NCBI GenBank assembly: GCA_043778225.1
Contig: JAYWGM010000041.1
Span: 31,538 to 95,537, forward strand
Source of the DNA: Deinococcales bacterium
GTDB lineage: Bacteria > Deinococcota > Deinococci > Deinococcales > JAAFIG01
Reading direction: 5' to 3'
DNA: 64,000 nt
The position numbers and the translations under genes are program-made. Position 1 is the first letter of the stretch, and every line of letters begins with the position of its first letter. The notes under the pieces were generated by a model. It worked only from the letters and a program-made list of their open reading frames with translations, ran no database searches and had not been told where the DNA came from. Below, piece by piece: positions 9,467 through 19,584 of this stretch.

Positions 9467-10431
9467 TTGTGGTCTCCTAAGTGAGCAAATAAATCTACGC
9501 CAAACTGCAAGAATAGATTGGGCAAATCAATAATCACCCAGTTTTCGGCTAATAAATTCTGCTCGCGCCGCCAAAAATCCATGACCCGCATACTGATTTC
9601 CTTACCCGTGGCTGGTGTTCCAAGGTACGTCCCAAGGTGGGTTGCGCCCAAACTTGGATAGCCACCCGAAGCCACATAATGCCCCTCGGCGATTAACCCA
9701 ATGCGTTTGACACTCGAGAAATTGCCGCTTCGGTCTGGGAAGGCTTGCAAAAAATGGGCTTGATGGTACTGCTCAAAACCCGCCAGACCTCTGCCTGTGC
9801 CGATACCACTGGGTCCGTACCACATCATCTCTGGAGACCAGAAACGGTTCATTCCCATCGAGGCTAAGGTTTTTTGGTCGTACTGCCCCAGACCATTTGC
9901 CATGGCAATCACCAAATCACGGCTTTGCTGACTGGCTGCTGGGTCGGTCATTTCAAAGCGCACACCATCGTGGGTGCGTGGCGCTAAGACCAGCCCCTCT
10001 GCCCCAGCCCCTTGCAAAGGCGAAAACCCAACTTGGCGCATCAGGTCTAAAAAATCGAGTAAAATATAGGCTTTGCTCACCTTCCCAGCCTCGAGTTTGT
10101 AAAATTCTCCGTAACGCAACCGTACTGCCCCTTGATTAGCTGGAATACCAAACAGGTCTTGGCTAAACGTACCAACATAATGCCCATGTGCTGCCACCAG
10201 CAAATCGCCTTTTGGGTTCTCGCCAACTAAAAAAATATCATCGTGCCGCTCTAAATCTGGCAAACTTTCTTGCAGTGGCTCGAGCCACGAAGTCTGCACG
10301 GCTTTGATGCCCACAAGGGTATTGATTGGATGTGAGACACAAAATTCAACTTCGGGGGTCAGCATTTGTTCGAGCGACTGAACTGTCAAAGAATGTAACC
10401 ATGCCCAGAGGCGCTGCTTATGATCAATCAT
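9463..10431 (-). CDS. Tandem SnoaL-like 'ester cyclase' protein
   Basis: MMWYGPSGIG, FLQAFPDR, THLGTYLGTPATGKEISMRVMDFWR, ENWVIID. Confidence 0.75.
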   Translation of the reverse strand: MIDHKQRLWAWLHSLTVQSLEQMLTPEVEFCVSHPINTLVGIKAVQTSWLEPLQESLPDLERHDDIFLVGENPKGDLLVAAHGHYVGTFSQDLFGIPANQGAVRLRYGEFYKLEAGKVSKAYILLDFLDLMRQVGFSPLQGAGAEGLVLAPRTHDGVRFEMTDPAASQQSRDLVIAMANGLGQYDQKTLASMGMNRFWSPEMMWYGPSGIGTGRGLAGFEQYHQAHFLQAFPDRSGNFSSVKRIGLIAEGHYVASGGYPSLGATHLGTYLGTPATGKEISMRVMDFWRREQNLLAENWVIIDLPNLFLQFGVDLFAHLGDHK

Positions 10432-10441
10432 TTAAGACCAC

Positions 10442-11284
10442 CTAACCCTTAACCGCTCCAGCAGTTAAGCCCTTAATCAAGAATTTTTGTAAGTACAAGA
10501 CAATAATTACCATTGGAATCGCAATGCTGATTGCTCCAGCCGCCGAAATACTCCAGTAGCGCAAATCCTCCGCCCCAAATTGTGAAATCGCCACGGGCAT
10601 GGTCACGGCGTTGGTGGCGGTTAGAATCAGGGGAATTAGAAATTCGTTGTAAGCCAGTAACATACTAAAAATACTGGCGGTGACGATGCCCGGTCCCATA
10701 ATTGGCACAATCACATACCAAAAGGCTTGAAAGCGGCTGCAACCATCCACCATCGCGCTTTCCTCGAGTGAGTCTGGAATTTCTTGGAAAAAACTGCGGA
10801 GCATCCAGATCGTAAATGGCTGGTTAATCGCCACCAGTACCAGAATCAGCAGCAGTTGGGTGTCGTGCAGACCAGTAAGGCGTGCCAAGTAATAAAACGG
10901 CAGTAAAAAAGTTAGGCGTGGCAAAGCGCGAAAAACAAAGGCAGCAAATAAAATCCAGAACCCAGCCGCACGGTTGTACCGCGCCAGTCCGTAGCCAGCA
11001 AAGCAACCAACGGTAATTGAAATGGTGACTGTGCCAAAGGTAACAATTGCACTGTTGATTAAATACTTACTAAAACCTTCTTCAATCCATAACGTTTGGT
11101 ACGCCACCAAAGTTGGCTTAAAAACCCAGACGGGCGGCAATGCAAAAGCATCCACGACTTCCTTGATGCTGATTAAAAAAGTCCAGAAGAATGGAAAAAT
11201 GGCGAGAATTGTCCAGACCGACAAAACCGCGTAAGCAATAGCAGAAAAAAGCGCTTGGCTCGAGGTGCGGCTGTGTGATTTCAT
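10442..11284 (-). CDS. Carbohydrate ABC transporter permease (MalG-like)
   Basis: Hydrophobic helices; EAA loop IPDSLEESAMVDGCS. Confidence 0.9.
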   Translation of the reverse strand: MKSHSRTSSQALFSAIAYAVLSVWTILAIFPFFWTFLISIKEVVDAFALPPVWVFKPTLVAYQTLWIEEGFSKYLINSAIVTFGTVTISITVGCFAGYGLARYNRAAGFWILFAAFVFRALPRLTFLLPFYYLARLTGLHDTQLLLILVLVAINQPFTIWMLRSFFQEIPDSLEESAMVDGCSRFQAFWYVIVPIMGPGIVTASIFSMLLAYNEFLIPLILTATNAVTMPVAISQFGAEDLRYWSISAAGAISIAIPMVIIVLYLQKFLIKGLTAGAVKG

Positions 11285-12189
11285 TTTTTCCCCACAATAT
11301 CAAAGTACGTTTGCCGCAGAAACGGGTAGAGGAGCGTGATAATCACTATCACGGCTAAGACAATCGAAGCACTGGCACGCCCAAGCAATTGTTCTTGAAA
11401 CGCCACGCTGTAGGTGTAATACATGATGGTTGCGGTGGCGTTGCCGGGTCCGCCTTGGGTCATGACCGCCACGCTATCAAAAAGCCTGTAGGCATCCATG
11501 ATGTTGACCATGCCAATAAAAATAAAAATTGGACGCAAGTACGGAATCATCACAAAACGCACCCGTTGCCACCAAGTCGCACCATCCATAATTGCCGCTT
11601 CGATGGGGTCGGCTGGCATGGCTTGTAACCCCGCGTAAAGCATCAGCATGATAAACGGCACTGCGCCCCAAATACCGTAACCAATCAGCAGCCCTCGAGC
11701 CGCCGTCGCATCGGCATACCACTGGATATTGACCCCGATGTTCGAGAGCAGCCACGTAATCACGCCTCTGTCCTTAAAAAGCCAACTGATGGCGAGTGTC
11801 CCAACGACCGGTGTAACGATGTACGGCACAAGATACAAACTGATAAAAAAGCGCTTTAGGGCTGTGATTTCGTTGAGAATTAACGCCAAGCCAAAACCCA
11901 GTAAAATCTGAATTGGAATACTGACCACCATATAAAAAAGTGTAAAACCCAAGGCAGACCAAAAACGGCTATCCTCGAGAATCCGCGTGTAATTTAAGAA
12001 GCCAATAAATTTAGGTTCGACCCCAAAATTGAAATTAAAAAAACTGAGGTAAATGGTGGTGAAAAGTGGAAAGACCATTAAAACAGTCATGACCACCACG
12101 CTTGGCGAAACAAAAGCCCAGAATTCTCGAGGTTTCAAATCATCACCTACTTTTAAGGAAGAGGGTTCTCGAGAAAGGAATGGTTTCAA
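11281..12189 (-). CDS. Carbohydrate ABC transporter permease (MalF-like)
   Basis: EAA loop PIEAAIMDGATWWQ; TQGGPGNAT. Confidence 0.9.
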   Translation of the reverse strand: MKPFLSREPSSLKVGDDLKPREFWAFVSPSVVVMTVLMVFPLFTTIYLSFFNFNFGVEPKFIGFLNYTRILEDSRFWSALGFTLFYMVVSIPIQILLGFGLALILNEITALKRFFISLYLVPYIVTPVVGTLAISWLFKDRGVITWLLSNIGVNIQWYADATAARGLLIGYGIWGAVPFIMLMLYAGLQAMPADPIEAAIMDGATWWQRVRFVMIPYLRPIFIFIGMVNIMDAYRLFDSVAVMTQGGPGNATATIMYYTYSVAFQEQLLGRASASIVLAVIVIITLLYPFLRQTYFDIVGKK

Positions 12190-12254
12190 TCACTTTCCGA
12201 TTTAGGAATGTTGGACAGTCCCTAAAAATAGACAGGAACAATTTCTAAAAAAAC

Positions 12255-12320
12255 AGGGCGGACACGGGCGACCATGCCCGCTAGGTGCGTGTTTATGGTC
12301 AAGAAAGGGTCCGCCCCTAC
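12255..12320. repeat. GTAG-family REP-like hairpin interrupted by a 36-bp micro-element
   Basis: AGGGCGGACAC...GTCCGCCCCTAC, like the uninterrupted copy at 55610-55635; insert 12269-12304 matches the insert at ~51278-51311. Confidence 0.7.
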
Positions 12321-12348
12321 GAAAATGGAACTTGGTTTTTGCTACATT

Positions 12349-13653
12349 TTATTTAATAAAACCTTGGACTCGCATTTCGTCCTCGGTCTTTTTGGCAGCC
12401 AAGTCAAGCGCCGCTTTGAGGTCGGTTTTATTGACCAGTGCAAGGCGCAATTCGTTGCCCAGAATGGTGGTGGCAATGCCTTGGTACGGCACGGCTGGGC
12501 GCAGTGCGACAGCCTGACGGGCATTGCTGGCGGCGGCGACCCATGCACGGTTTTTAGCCACCAAACTTGGATTGGTGGCAATGCTATCGCGGCTGACCAT
12601 ACCAAAATTAGCCGCGTTGGTTTGGTTACTTTTACCAAGCATTTCCATAATCACACGGAAAGCCAAATCAGCATCCACTTTGCTCGAGGCAGCGATGGCG
12701 AGCGCATCACCTTCGGCAGTGTTTGCACCAAGTCCACCAGCCACAATCTTAAAGGCTGGGGCATAGTCAATTTTACCAACCACTCGAGAAACTTTTTCGT
12801 CTTCCATGGCGGAGGCTCGAGTAATCCAGATTTTAGAAAGCGCGATGTCGCCTTGTTGCAAACCAACCATGACATCATCGTTGGAGTAATTCAGCACAGC
12901 AGGAGGCATAAACTCAAGCCATTCACGAATGGCTTGGGCAGCTTTCAGACCATTGGCATTGTTAAAAACTGGTTTACGGTTCTTATCAAACCACACGCCA
13001 CCAAGCGCCGCATAGTTGCTGTGGAATTCGCCAGCCAAACCGCCACCGCCCAAAGCCAATGCCATTGGGTACTTGGTTTTACCAGCTTTTTTGAGCGTCT
13101 CGAGTCCAGCGCTGAGTTCATCAAGGGTTTTAGCGGGTTTTAAGTTCAGTTCGGCAAAAATATCCTTGCGGAAAAACTGGACTTGGGTATTAAAGTTGAC
13201 GGGAATGGCAAATTGACGCACCCCCAAAGTGGTATTGGCAATCAATTTATCGCTGATGTCGTCGAGATTATAGGTGCGCTTATACTTGGCAATCAAAGAA
13301 TTTAAGGGCAATAACCAGCCTTTAGAACCCCAGTCTGCGACCAAGCGTGGATTGACGTGTAAAATCTGATATGGCGAGCTACCCGTTGCCAAGGCAGTAT
13401 TAACTTGGGTTTCATACTGAGCGGGTTGTAAGAAACTGGTTTTAACACTGATATTACCTTTGCTACAGGCTTCGGCAGCATTAAAGTAATACTCCATCAT
13501 TGGGAAACGAAACCCAAACACATTGATGGTTGTTGGATTGCTCGCGTCTTTTAGGGTGCAAGCGGCGGCTGTTTGCTGCGCCGAACCTAAACTGAGGGCT
13601 GCTGTAATTGCCAAGGTGCTGACTAAACCTAAACCGACCAAACGTTTTTTCAT
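12349..13653 (-). CDS. Sugar-type ABC transporter extracellular solute-binding protein
   Basis: Signal peptide MKKRLVGLGL...AQQ, FFRKDIF motif, upstream GGAGG RBS; precedes the permeases. Confidence 0.88.
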   Translation of the reverse strand: MKKRLVGLGLVSTLAITAALSLGSAQQTAAACTLKDASNPTTINVFGFRFPMMEYYFNAAEACSKGNISVKTSFLQPAQYETQVNTALATGSSPYQILHVNPRLVADWGSKGWLLPLNSLIAKYKRTYNLDDISDKLIANTTLGVRQFAIPVNFNTQVQFFRKDIFAELNLKPAKTLDELSAGLETLKKAGKTKYPMALALGGGGLAGEFHSNYAALGGVWFDKNRKPVFNNANGLKAAQAIREWLEFMPPAVLNYSNDDVMVGLQQGDIALSKIWITRASAMEDEKVSRVVGKIDYAPAFKIVAGGLGANTAEGDALAIAASSKVDADLAFRVIMEMLGKSNQTNAANFGMVSRDSIATNPSLVAKNRAWVAAASNARQAVALRPAVPYQGIATTILGNELRLALVNKTDLKAALDLAAKKTEDEMRVQGFIK

Positions 13654-13744
13654 ACATTCCTCCAACCTCTTTATCGAGGGGTAAAACCATTTGTACTAAG
13701 CCAGTTGGCTCGAGACTCAATTTGACGACTGGCTGACATTCTAA

Positions 13745-13758
13745 TGCAAGCGTATGCA
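13745..13758. promoter_or_regulatory. Putative LacI-family operator
   Basis: TGCAAGCGTATGCA with central CG; related to the palindrome at 19585-19600. Confidence 0.55.
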
Positions 13759-13773
13759 ATTTGCAAAGTACCC

Positions 13774-15051
13774 CTAAAGTAAACCCTGTTTTTTCAGGCG
13801 AATATCGCACGAAAGCGCATGACCAAACATCAATTCGGCTCGAGCCACCGCCGCCGCATGCGGCGCAACGGTGCGGCTGCCTTCTTGGGTACAACGCTGA
13901 TACGTAACCGTTTTGGTGAATTTACCAACCCACAAGCCGCCGGTGTACCGCGCCGCGCCACCGGTTGGCAGGACATGATTTGTACCAATCGCCTTATCTG
14001 AATACGCTACGGTTGCCTCGTGACCCAAAAACACCGAGCCATAATTTTGTAAGCGTGCCAAGAACCAGTCTGGGTCTTGGGTTTGCACCTCGAGATGCTC
14101 TGGAGCAAACTGGTCAGACACAAGCACCATTTCATCATCCGATTCGCAAACAATAATGCTGCCACAGTCACGCCAAGCCACTTGTGCGACATCGCGGGTA
14201 GGATAATCAACCAGAATTTTTAGCACCAATTGTTCAACCTCGAGTGCCAAAGCTCGAGAAGTCGTAATCAGTGTGGCAGGGCTGTTTAAGCCGTGTTCAG
14301 CTTGCCCCAGTAAATCTATGGCGACCACTTCAGGGTCGGCGCTCGAGTCGGCAATAATTAAAATATCGGTTGGACCCGCCAATAAATCTATGCCACAAAC
14401 CCCAAATAACTGGCGCTTAGCTTCGGCAACATAGGCATTGCCCGCCCCCACAATCATGTCTACTGGTGCTAACTCGAGTTCTGGCACACCAAACGCCATT
14501 GCCGCCATCGCTTGTACCCCACCGATGCTGTAAATTTCATCTGCGCCTGAAGTGTGCATGGTAAATAATTGGGCGGCGTAAATCCCCAAGCCGTCCTTAG
14601 GCGGCGCACTTGCCACCACCCGTTTGACACCCGCGACTTTTGGCACAACCACGGTCATGGCACTCGAGGCAATCAGCGGATAACGCCCACCGGGACTGTA
14701 ACTACCGACACTCGAGACTGGAATTTGTTTCTGCCCCAGAATAATTCCGGGATGCGTCTCGACCTCAAATTCAGTCAGGGTGGCTTTTTGCAATTCAGCA
14801 AAGCGCCTGACTTCGGTTTGTAGCCAGCCAATGTGCATTTGCCAATCTTCGGGGGTGTTCTCGAGGGCTGATTTAATATCCTCTTGCGAAACCCGAAAAC
14901 TGGGCGGCGACCATTTGTCAAAGCGTTCCGAGTAACGGCGCACCGCAGCAAGCCCTTCGGATTCAACAGCTAAAATAATTTCCGAAACGGTGTCCTTAAT
15001 TTCTCGAGCAACGGCTTTGGGTGTGGGCGGCGGTTTTTTAATGTATTCCAT
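13774..15051 (-). CDS. Histidinol dehydrogenase-family enzyme, HpsN (sulfopropanediol 3-dehydrogenase)-like subgroup
   Basis: PGGRYPL, GNAYVAEAKRQLFG, GQAEHG, GTNHVLPT, ARYTGGLWVGKF; catabolic context with SDR and LacI, no his genes nearby. Confidence 0.8.
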   Translation of the reverse strand: MEYIKKPPPTPKAVAREIKDTVSEIILAVESEGLAAVRRYSERFDKWSPPSFRVSQEDIKSALENTPEDWQMHIGWLQTEVRRFAELQKATLTEFEVETHPGIILGQKQIPVSSVGSYSPGGRYPLIASSAMTVVVPKVAGVKRVVASAPPKDGLGIYAAQLFTMHTSGADEIYSIGGVQAMAAMAFGVPELELAPVDMIVGAGNAYVAEAKRQLFGVCGIDLLAGPTDILIIADSSADPEVVAIDLLGQAEHGLNSPATLITTSRALALEVEQLVLKILVDYPTRDVAQVAWRDCGSIIVCESDDEMVLVSDQFAPEHLEVQTQDPDWFLARLQNYGSVFLGHEATVAYSDKAIGTNHVLPTGGAARYTGGLWVGKFTKTVTYQRCTQEGSRTVAPHAAAVARAELMFGHALSCDIRLKKQGLL

Positions 15052-15062
15052 GAATTCCTTAT

Positions 15063-15102
15063 GAACTCCCCCTCGCTTCGCTCGACCCCTCTTTGACGGG
15101 TG
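15063..15102. repeat. REP-like hairpin, family A (GAACTCCCCC...GACCCCTC)
   Basis: Similar to 45335-45384, 45456-45502 and 59296-59340. Confidence 0.6.
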
Positions 15103-15126
15103 CTTAGTTCAGAGGTCAAGTGTTTT

Positions 15127-15858
15127 TTACCGGGCAGTCCAACCACCATCTACGAGCAGGCTTGTACCCGTGATTAAATTGGCTTTGCTCGAGGCTAAAA
15201 ATGCAACAGCGTGCGCCACATCCTCGGGCGTACCAAGATGACCGAGTGGGATGCTCGAGACAACCATGTTTTGGAAATCTGGATTCTCGAGCATCGGACG
15301 GGTTAAATCGGTTTCAATGAAGGTTGGCGCAACACTGACCACCCGAATTTTATGCGGGGCAAGTTCGACCGCCAAGGCTTTGGTCAGACCCTCGAGGGCG
15401 TGTTTACTGGCACAATACACACTGCGGTTAGGCGCACCAACATGACCCATCTGCGAAGAAATGTTAATAATCACACCGCCATTATTTAACTCGAGCATTT
15501 TTTGCACCGCGATTTGCGTGGCAAAAAAAGTGGTTCTCAGATTCAAATTAAAAATCTGGTCAAAATGCGCCTCTGTGACCTCGAGAAACGGTTCGGGAAT
15601 GTTTGTACCAACATTATTGACCAATACATCCAGACGCGGCAAACCACCAAGCACGATTTTTAATTGCTCGAGATTTGAGGCATCGGTTTGTAGAATAAAA
15701 GTATTGCAGTTGAGGGCTTGTATTTCGGCTGCTACGGTTTCTAAAGACTCAAGATTACGCCCAATCAAAGCCACATCAAAACCATCTTTGGCAAGTTCCA
15801 AAGCACACGCCCGACCAATGCCTCGAGACGCGCCGGTAATCGCAGCAATTTTAGTCAC
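15127..15858 (-). CDS. SDR family oxidoreductase
   Basis: TGASRGIG, NNVG, YCASK, GTSLLVDGG. Confidence 0.9.
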   Translation of the reverse strand: MTKIAAITGASRGIGRACALELAKDGFDVALIGRNLESLETVAAEIQALNCNTFILQTDASNLEQLKIVLGGLPRLDVLVNNVGTNIPEPFLEVTEAHFDQIFNLNLRTTFFATQIAVQKMLELNNGGVIINISSQMGHVGAPNRSVYCASKHALEGLTKALAVELAPHKIRVVSVAPTFIETDLTRPMLENPDFQNMVVSSIPLGHLGTPEDVAHAVAFLASSKANLITGTSLLVDGGWTAR

Positions 15859-16964
15859 AGTTCACCTGCGGCTGGAGCATGGATTTGTTTAAGAAGAGCA
15901 AATTCATCAAAAACCGTGTATTCTCGAGCAACCCTACCATTCTCGAGTTCAAGGTGGCTAATGCACAAAAGTTTAATCCTTTGCCCTGTAGCATCGCCGT
16001 ACCAGCCCGTTCCGAGGTGCGTGCCTTGGAATGTCCAGCGCACGGCAATTTTGAGATTTGCGCCACTGCCAATGTAGCAAATGTGGTCTACACTGACACC
16101 AGCGTCGGGGAAGGCAGCCAGTAAACTGAGGACAAAATGTTGGTAGGCACTGATTCCCTCGAGTTTACGGGCGGTGGACACAAAAGCAGTTGGGGACTGG
16201 GTATAATAGTCTTTAACTCGGTTTAATAAGCGCCAATTCCAGATTTCTTGGAACATCGAATGCACAAAGTCGGTCACATCAAAATCGTGACTCGAGCGAA
16301 GAGGCAATTTAGGCGGAAGTTGCCCTTCGAGGCGGTCTATTTCGGGTACACCAATTTGCACTGGGCTGGTGGCATTGCGGATTGCATCGGCTTTTGCCAT
16401 GCGTTTAGCAAGGTCTATTTCGTTAAAACCAAGTTGCCGCACCAGTGCCAGTTCGTCACGCACCAACCATTCTTCGGTGATGCGATTTTGGCGCACAAAA
16501 CAATGGGCAATACCACGGCGTAAAATGCGTTTATTGGTCGGCGCTCCGTACTGGCTGTAGCCTGTGTTGCGGGCTGTCCAAGTAATGCGGTGACTCGAGT
16601 GAAAACCATCTGTTTCGTTGCCGCTCCAAATCACTTCGTCGCCGTGTAGCCTTGCATCTGGGAAGGCTGCCAAAGTTTTTAGTGTGCCTTCGACCACCGC
16701 CTCGCGCCCATAAATGGTTGCGTCGGTCATGTAAATTGGGCAGTTATGGGTGTAATGCGTATAAATTAAACCTATCGCTTTTTCTTCCCAAATTTTATGA
16801 GTACAACGAATAATATAATCCACAAAGTCTGGATAATCGGCATCAAAGCCTTGCAGTGCTTGGCGGCGCTCGAGTGGGCGGTCAGGGCTACTAAAACTCG
16901 AGATGTCGCGCCCATTCACCATAATTTGGCTGCGCTCGAGCAATTCTTGTTCTGATGGTTTCAT
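15855..16964 (-). CDS. Tandem SnoaL/NTF2-like 'ester cyclase' protein
   Basis: YIIRCTHKIWEEK, AFPDA, RWTFQGTHLG, REYTVFDE. Confidence 0.75.
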   Translation of the reverse strand: MKPSEQELLERSQIMVNGRDISSFSSPDRPLERRQALQGFDADYPDFVDYIIRCTHKIWEEKAIGLIYTHYTHNCPIYMTDATIYGREAVVEGTLKTLAAFPDARLHGDEVIWSGNETDGFHSSHRITWTARNTGYSQYGAPTNKRILRRGIAHCFVRQNRITEEWLVRDELALVRQLGFNEIDLAKRMAKADAIRNATSPVQIGVPEIDRLEGQLPPKLPLRSSHDFDVTDFVHSMFQEIWNWRLLNRVKDYYTQSPTAFVSTARKLEGISAYQHFVLSLLAAFPDAGVSVDHICYIGSGANLKIAVRWTFQGTHLGTGWYGDATGQRIKLLCISHLELENGRVAREYTVFDEFALLKQIHAPAAGEL

Positions 16965-16976
16965 GATTTCACCTTA

Positions 16977-17996
16977 TTAACCTTTTGCCCTTTTTCCCTT
17001 TTGCCCCTGCCCTTTGACACTGCCGCGTTCGATGAGCGACCCCGGAATAAAACGTAAATTGCTACCAAGTGGTGCGTTTTCGATCGCCTCGAGTAAAATC
17101 TGCAAGCTCGAATCAATCATCGTTTCAACAGGTTGGCGAATTGTGGTCAGGTTATACGCCCCCCATGCTGCCATTGGAATATCGTCAAAGCCGACGATGC
17201 TAATGTCTGTGCCGACTTTAACCCCAGCTTCCCGAGCCGCATCTATTGCGCCAATTGCGGTAATATCATTGGCGCAAAAAATAGCGTCGGGTGCGTCCGA
17301 ACGTGCCAATAAACGCTGCATGGCAGCAAAACCAGCCTCATAAGTAAAATTGCCAGTTTCGCGCTGCACGGTGTAACCAGCCTCCTCGAGCCGTGATGTA
17401 TAACTGCTTTCGCGGTCACGGTTGGTGCTGGTGTTCTCGCGCCCAGCAATGTAGGCGTAACAGCGGTGCGGGCGCTTGAGCAGGTATTCTGCAACCATCC
17501 GCCCACCACCACGGTTATCACAGCAGACAGCGCTCGAGGAGGCATCGGCGGCATAGCGATTGAACAACACCACTGGCGTACCATGGCGACTGAGGGTTTC
17601 TGCCATGTGGCTGGATAAACTCGCCGAGGCAATCAGTAAGCCGTCGCATTGGTACTCGAGAACAAGCGGCAGCAAATCGTCCACTTCGTGTTCGGCATCG
17701 GTACTAAAAAGCAGCACCCGCCAGCCCAGCGCATGAAGTTTAGAGGTCAGTTTTTCTAAGACAAACGGATAAAACGGACTGGTCATCTCGGACATCACAA
17801 TGCCAATCAAACGGCTTTGCTGGGTGCTTAAACTCCGCGCCATAGCGTTGGGGGTGTAGCCTAATTTCAGTGCCAAATGCTGGACTTTTTCACGGGTTTT
17901 GGTGGCAATCCGCACATCGTTAGACAATGCCCTCGAGACGGTACTTTGGCTAATGCCAAGTTCCTGCGCCAAATCCACACTGGTGACTCGAGCCAC
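16977..17996 (-). CDS. LacI family transcriptional regulator
   Basis: VTSVDLAQELGISQSTVSRAL, YTPNAMAR, IVGFDD, LTTIRQP. Confidence 0.93.
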   Translation of the reverse strand: MARVTSVDLAQELGISQSTVSRALSNDVRIATKTREKVQHLALKLGYTPNAMARSLSTQQSRLIGIVMSEMTSPFYPFVLEKLTSKLHALGWRVLLFSTDAEHEVDDLLPLVLEYQCDGLLIASASLSSHMAETLSRHGTPVVLFNRYAADASSSAVCCDNRGGGRMVAEYLLKRPHRCYAYIAGRENTSTNRDRESSYTSRLEEAGYTVQRETGNFTYEAGFAAMQRLLARSDAPDAIFCANDITAIGAIDAAREAGVKVGTDISIVGFDDIPMAAWGAYNLTTIRQPVETMIDSSLQILLEAIENAPLGSNLRFIPGSLIERGSVKGQGQKGKRAKG

Positions 17997-18784
17997 TAAT
18001 AACCACCCGCCTGTTTTTGACTTGAGCCGCTTCTAAACGTCTCGAGCGCAGTTTTAGCGGCAGCAGCCAGCATTCTCGAGTCGCTTGATAAAACCAGAAA
18101 ACGATAACCAATTGCTTGCATTTGCAACCCATATTCAGGGCTGCCACAAAAAATACCAACCTGCTTACCTGCGGCACGGGTTTTAGTAGCAATAGTCTCG
18201 AGAATACCCAAGAATTCTGGCGCGAGACTATCGAGTTTTGCACCGTTACCCAAAGACTGATTTAAGTCCGAAGGTCCAACAAAAATACCATCCAAGTCTG
18301 GAATCTCGAGGATACTTTCTAAATTCTCGAGACCTTGGCGGGTCTCAATCATCGCCAACGTCAAAATTGTATCGTTGGCTTGTTGTCCATATTCCGCGCC
18401 GTACACCAGTGCTGCTCGAGTTGGACCAAAACTGCGAATTCCACGCGGCGGATACCGACAAGCCGCCACAAAAGCCTGTGCCTCGAGTGCTGTATTGACC
18501 ATTGGGCAAATGATTCCCAGCGCACCAGCATCCAAGAATTTCATGATTTCGGCAGGGTCATTCCAAGCCGAACGCACAAACGGCACAGCCGCAGTTCTCG
18601 AGACTGCGCCGACCAAACCTAGAGCAGTATCCATAGCGTAAGGCGCGTGTTGATGGTCAATCACCACCGCATCAAAACCTTGTAGCGACAATAATTCTGC
18701 CACAAATGGATGTCCAAAATGCAGCCAACCCGCCGTGGCGGCGAGGTCTTTTTGCCAAATGGTTTTAATCGGATTTTTGGTCAT
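17996..18784 (-). CDS. HpcH/HpaI class II pyruvate aldolase
   Basis: IDHQH, LDAGALGIICPMVNT, MIET, GIFVGPSDL. Confidence 0.88.
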   Translation of the reverse strand: MTKNPIKTIWQKDLAATAGWLHFGHPFVAELLSLQGFDAVVIDHQHAPYAMDTALGLVGAVSRTAAVPFVRSAWNDPAEIMKFLDAGALGIICPMVNTALEAQAFVAACRYPPRGIRSFGPTRAALVYGAEYGQQANDTILTLAMIETRQGLENLESILEIPDLDGIFVGPSDLNQSLGNGAKLDSLAPEFLGILETIATKTRAAGKQVGIFCGSPEYGLQMQAIGYRFLVLSSDSRMLAAAAKTALETFRSGSSQKQAGGY

Positions 18785-18821
18785 GAGTAATTCTACTGTG
18801 TTGGGCGAGGCAAGCCTACGA

Positions 18822-19535
18822 TTATTTTTTCTTTTTGGTGACTCGAGTCTTTAAGGTTTTGGCTTTGGGACGCGCCTTTAGGCTTTTACGCACGGCTTTC
18901 TCGAGTTTTGCACCTAATTTAGCTTTACGGGCGGCGTAATCCTCGGGTTTGACCATTCTGCCACTGGCATCGGCTTTGAAACCCAGTTTGGCGGCGGCTT
19001 CTACAATGCGTTCAGACCAGTACGGGTCTTTGCTTCTGAATTGGTCATGCGGGTCAAGCACCGCAAAGCACCACGCGGGGGTATCGGAGATATTCTCAAA
19101 GCCACGCCAAAGGTGCATTGGCAACGAAATACTGTCCCACGGCTCGAGAATCGCTTCGCCTTCGGGTGCGCCTTCGGGGTCGTTGCCCCAGTAAAAACGC
19201 CAGCGCCCCGACATCACAAAAAACATTTCGCAATAATCGTGGCTGTGATACGCCGGTCCAGAATTGGGTGGGCAGCAAAGCATTCCAATTTGAAATTTGT
19301 GCGGTGCGGTAATGGCGGCTTCAAAATCCGAGTTTTCGGAGGCTGTATCGCCAATCACGGCATAGTTCATGCGCTGATGATTGGGTAGGCTCGAGTCTAT
19401 AAACATCAGTGGAATACCGTTTTTGACAAGGTTATCAAAACGCACAATTCGCGCTTCAACTTCGGCATTTTCGATGCGGTACGAACCAAGGGTTTTCTCG
19501 AGTGCAGGCTTTTTGGCGACTGTTTTTTTTGCCAT
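18822..19535 (-). CDS. Cupin domain protein
   Basis: GPAYHSHDYCEMFFVMSGRWRF and LPMHLWRGFEN cupin motifs; Lys-rich tails. Confidence 0.8.
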   Translation of the reverse strand: MAKKTVAKKPALEKTLGSYRIENAEVEARIVRFDNLVKNGIPLMFIDSSLPNHQRMNYAVIGDTASENSDFEAAITAPHKFQIGMLCCPPNSGPAYHSHDYCEMFFVMSGRWRFYWGNDPEGAPEGEAILEPWDSISLPMHLWRGFENISDTPAWCFAVLDPHDQFRSKDPYWSERIVEAAAKLGFKADASGRMVKPEDYAARKAKLGAKLEKAVRKSLKARPKAKTLKTRVTKKKK

Positions 19536-19584
19536 TGAACACATCCTTAAAAAACGTCTCGAAATGGTCTCGAGCGGCAGATAA

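Noticed and set aside
12274..13143. Long antisense ORFs (also 8429-9292, 52283-52834, 58704-59297)
   Set aside because: They lie opposite well-supported genes and have no family motifs.
13774..15051. Calling this gene biosynthetic hisD
   Set aside because: The GGLWVGKF signature and catabolic neighbourhood favour the HpsN-like subgroup, so no gene symbol was assigned.
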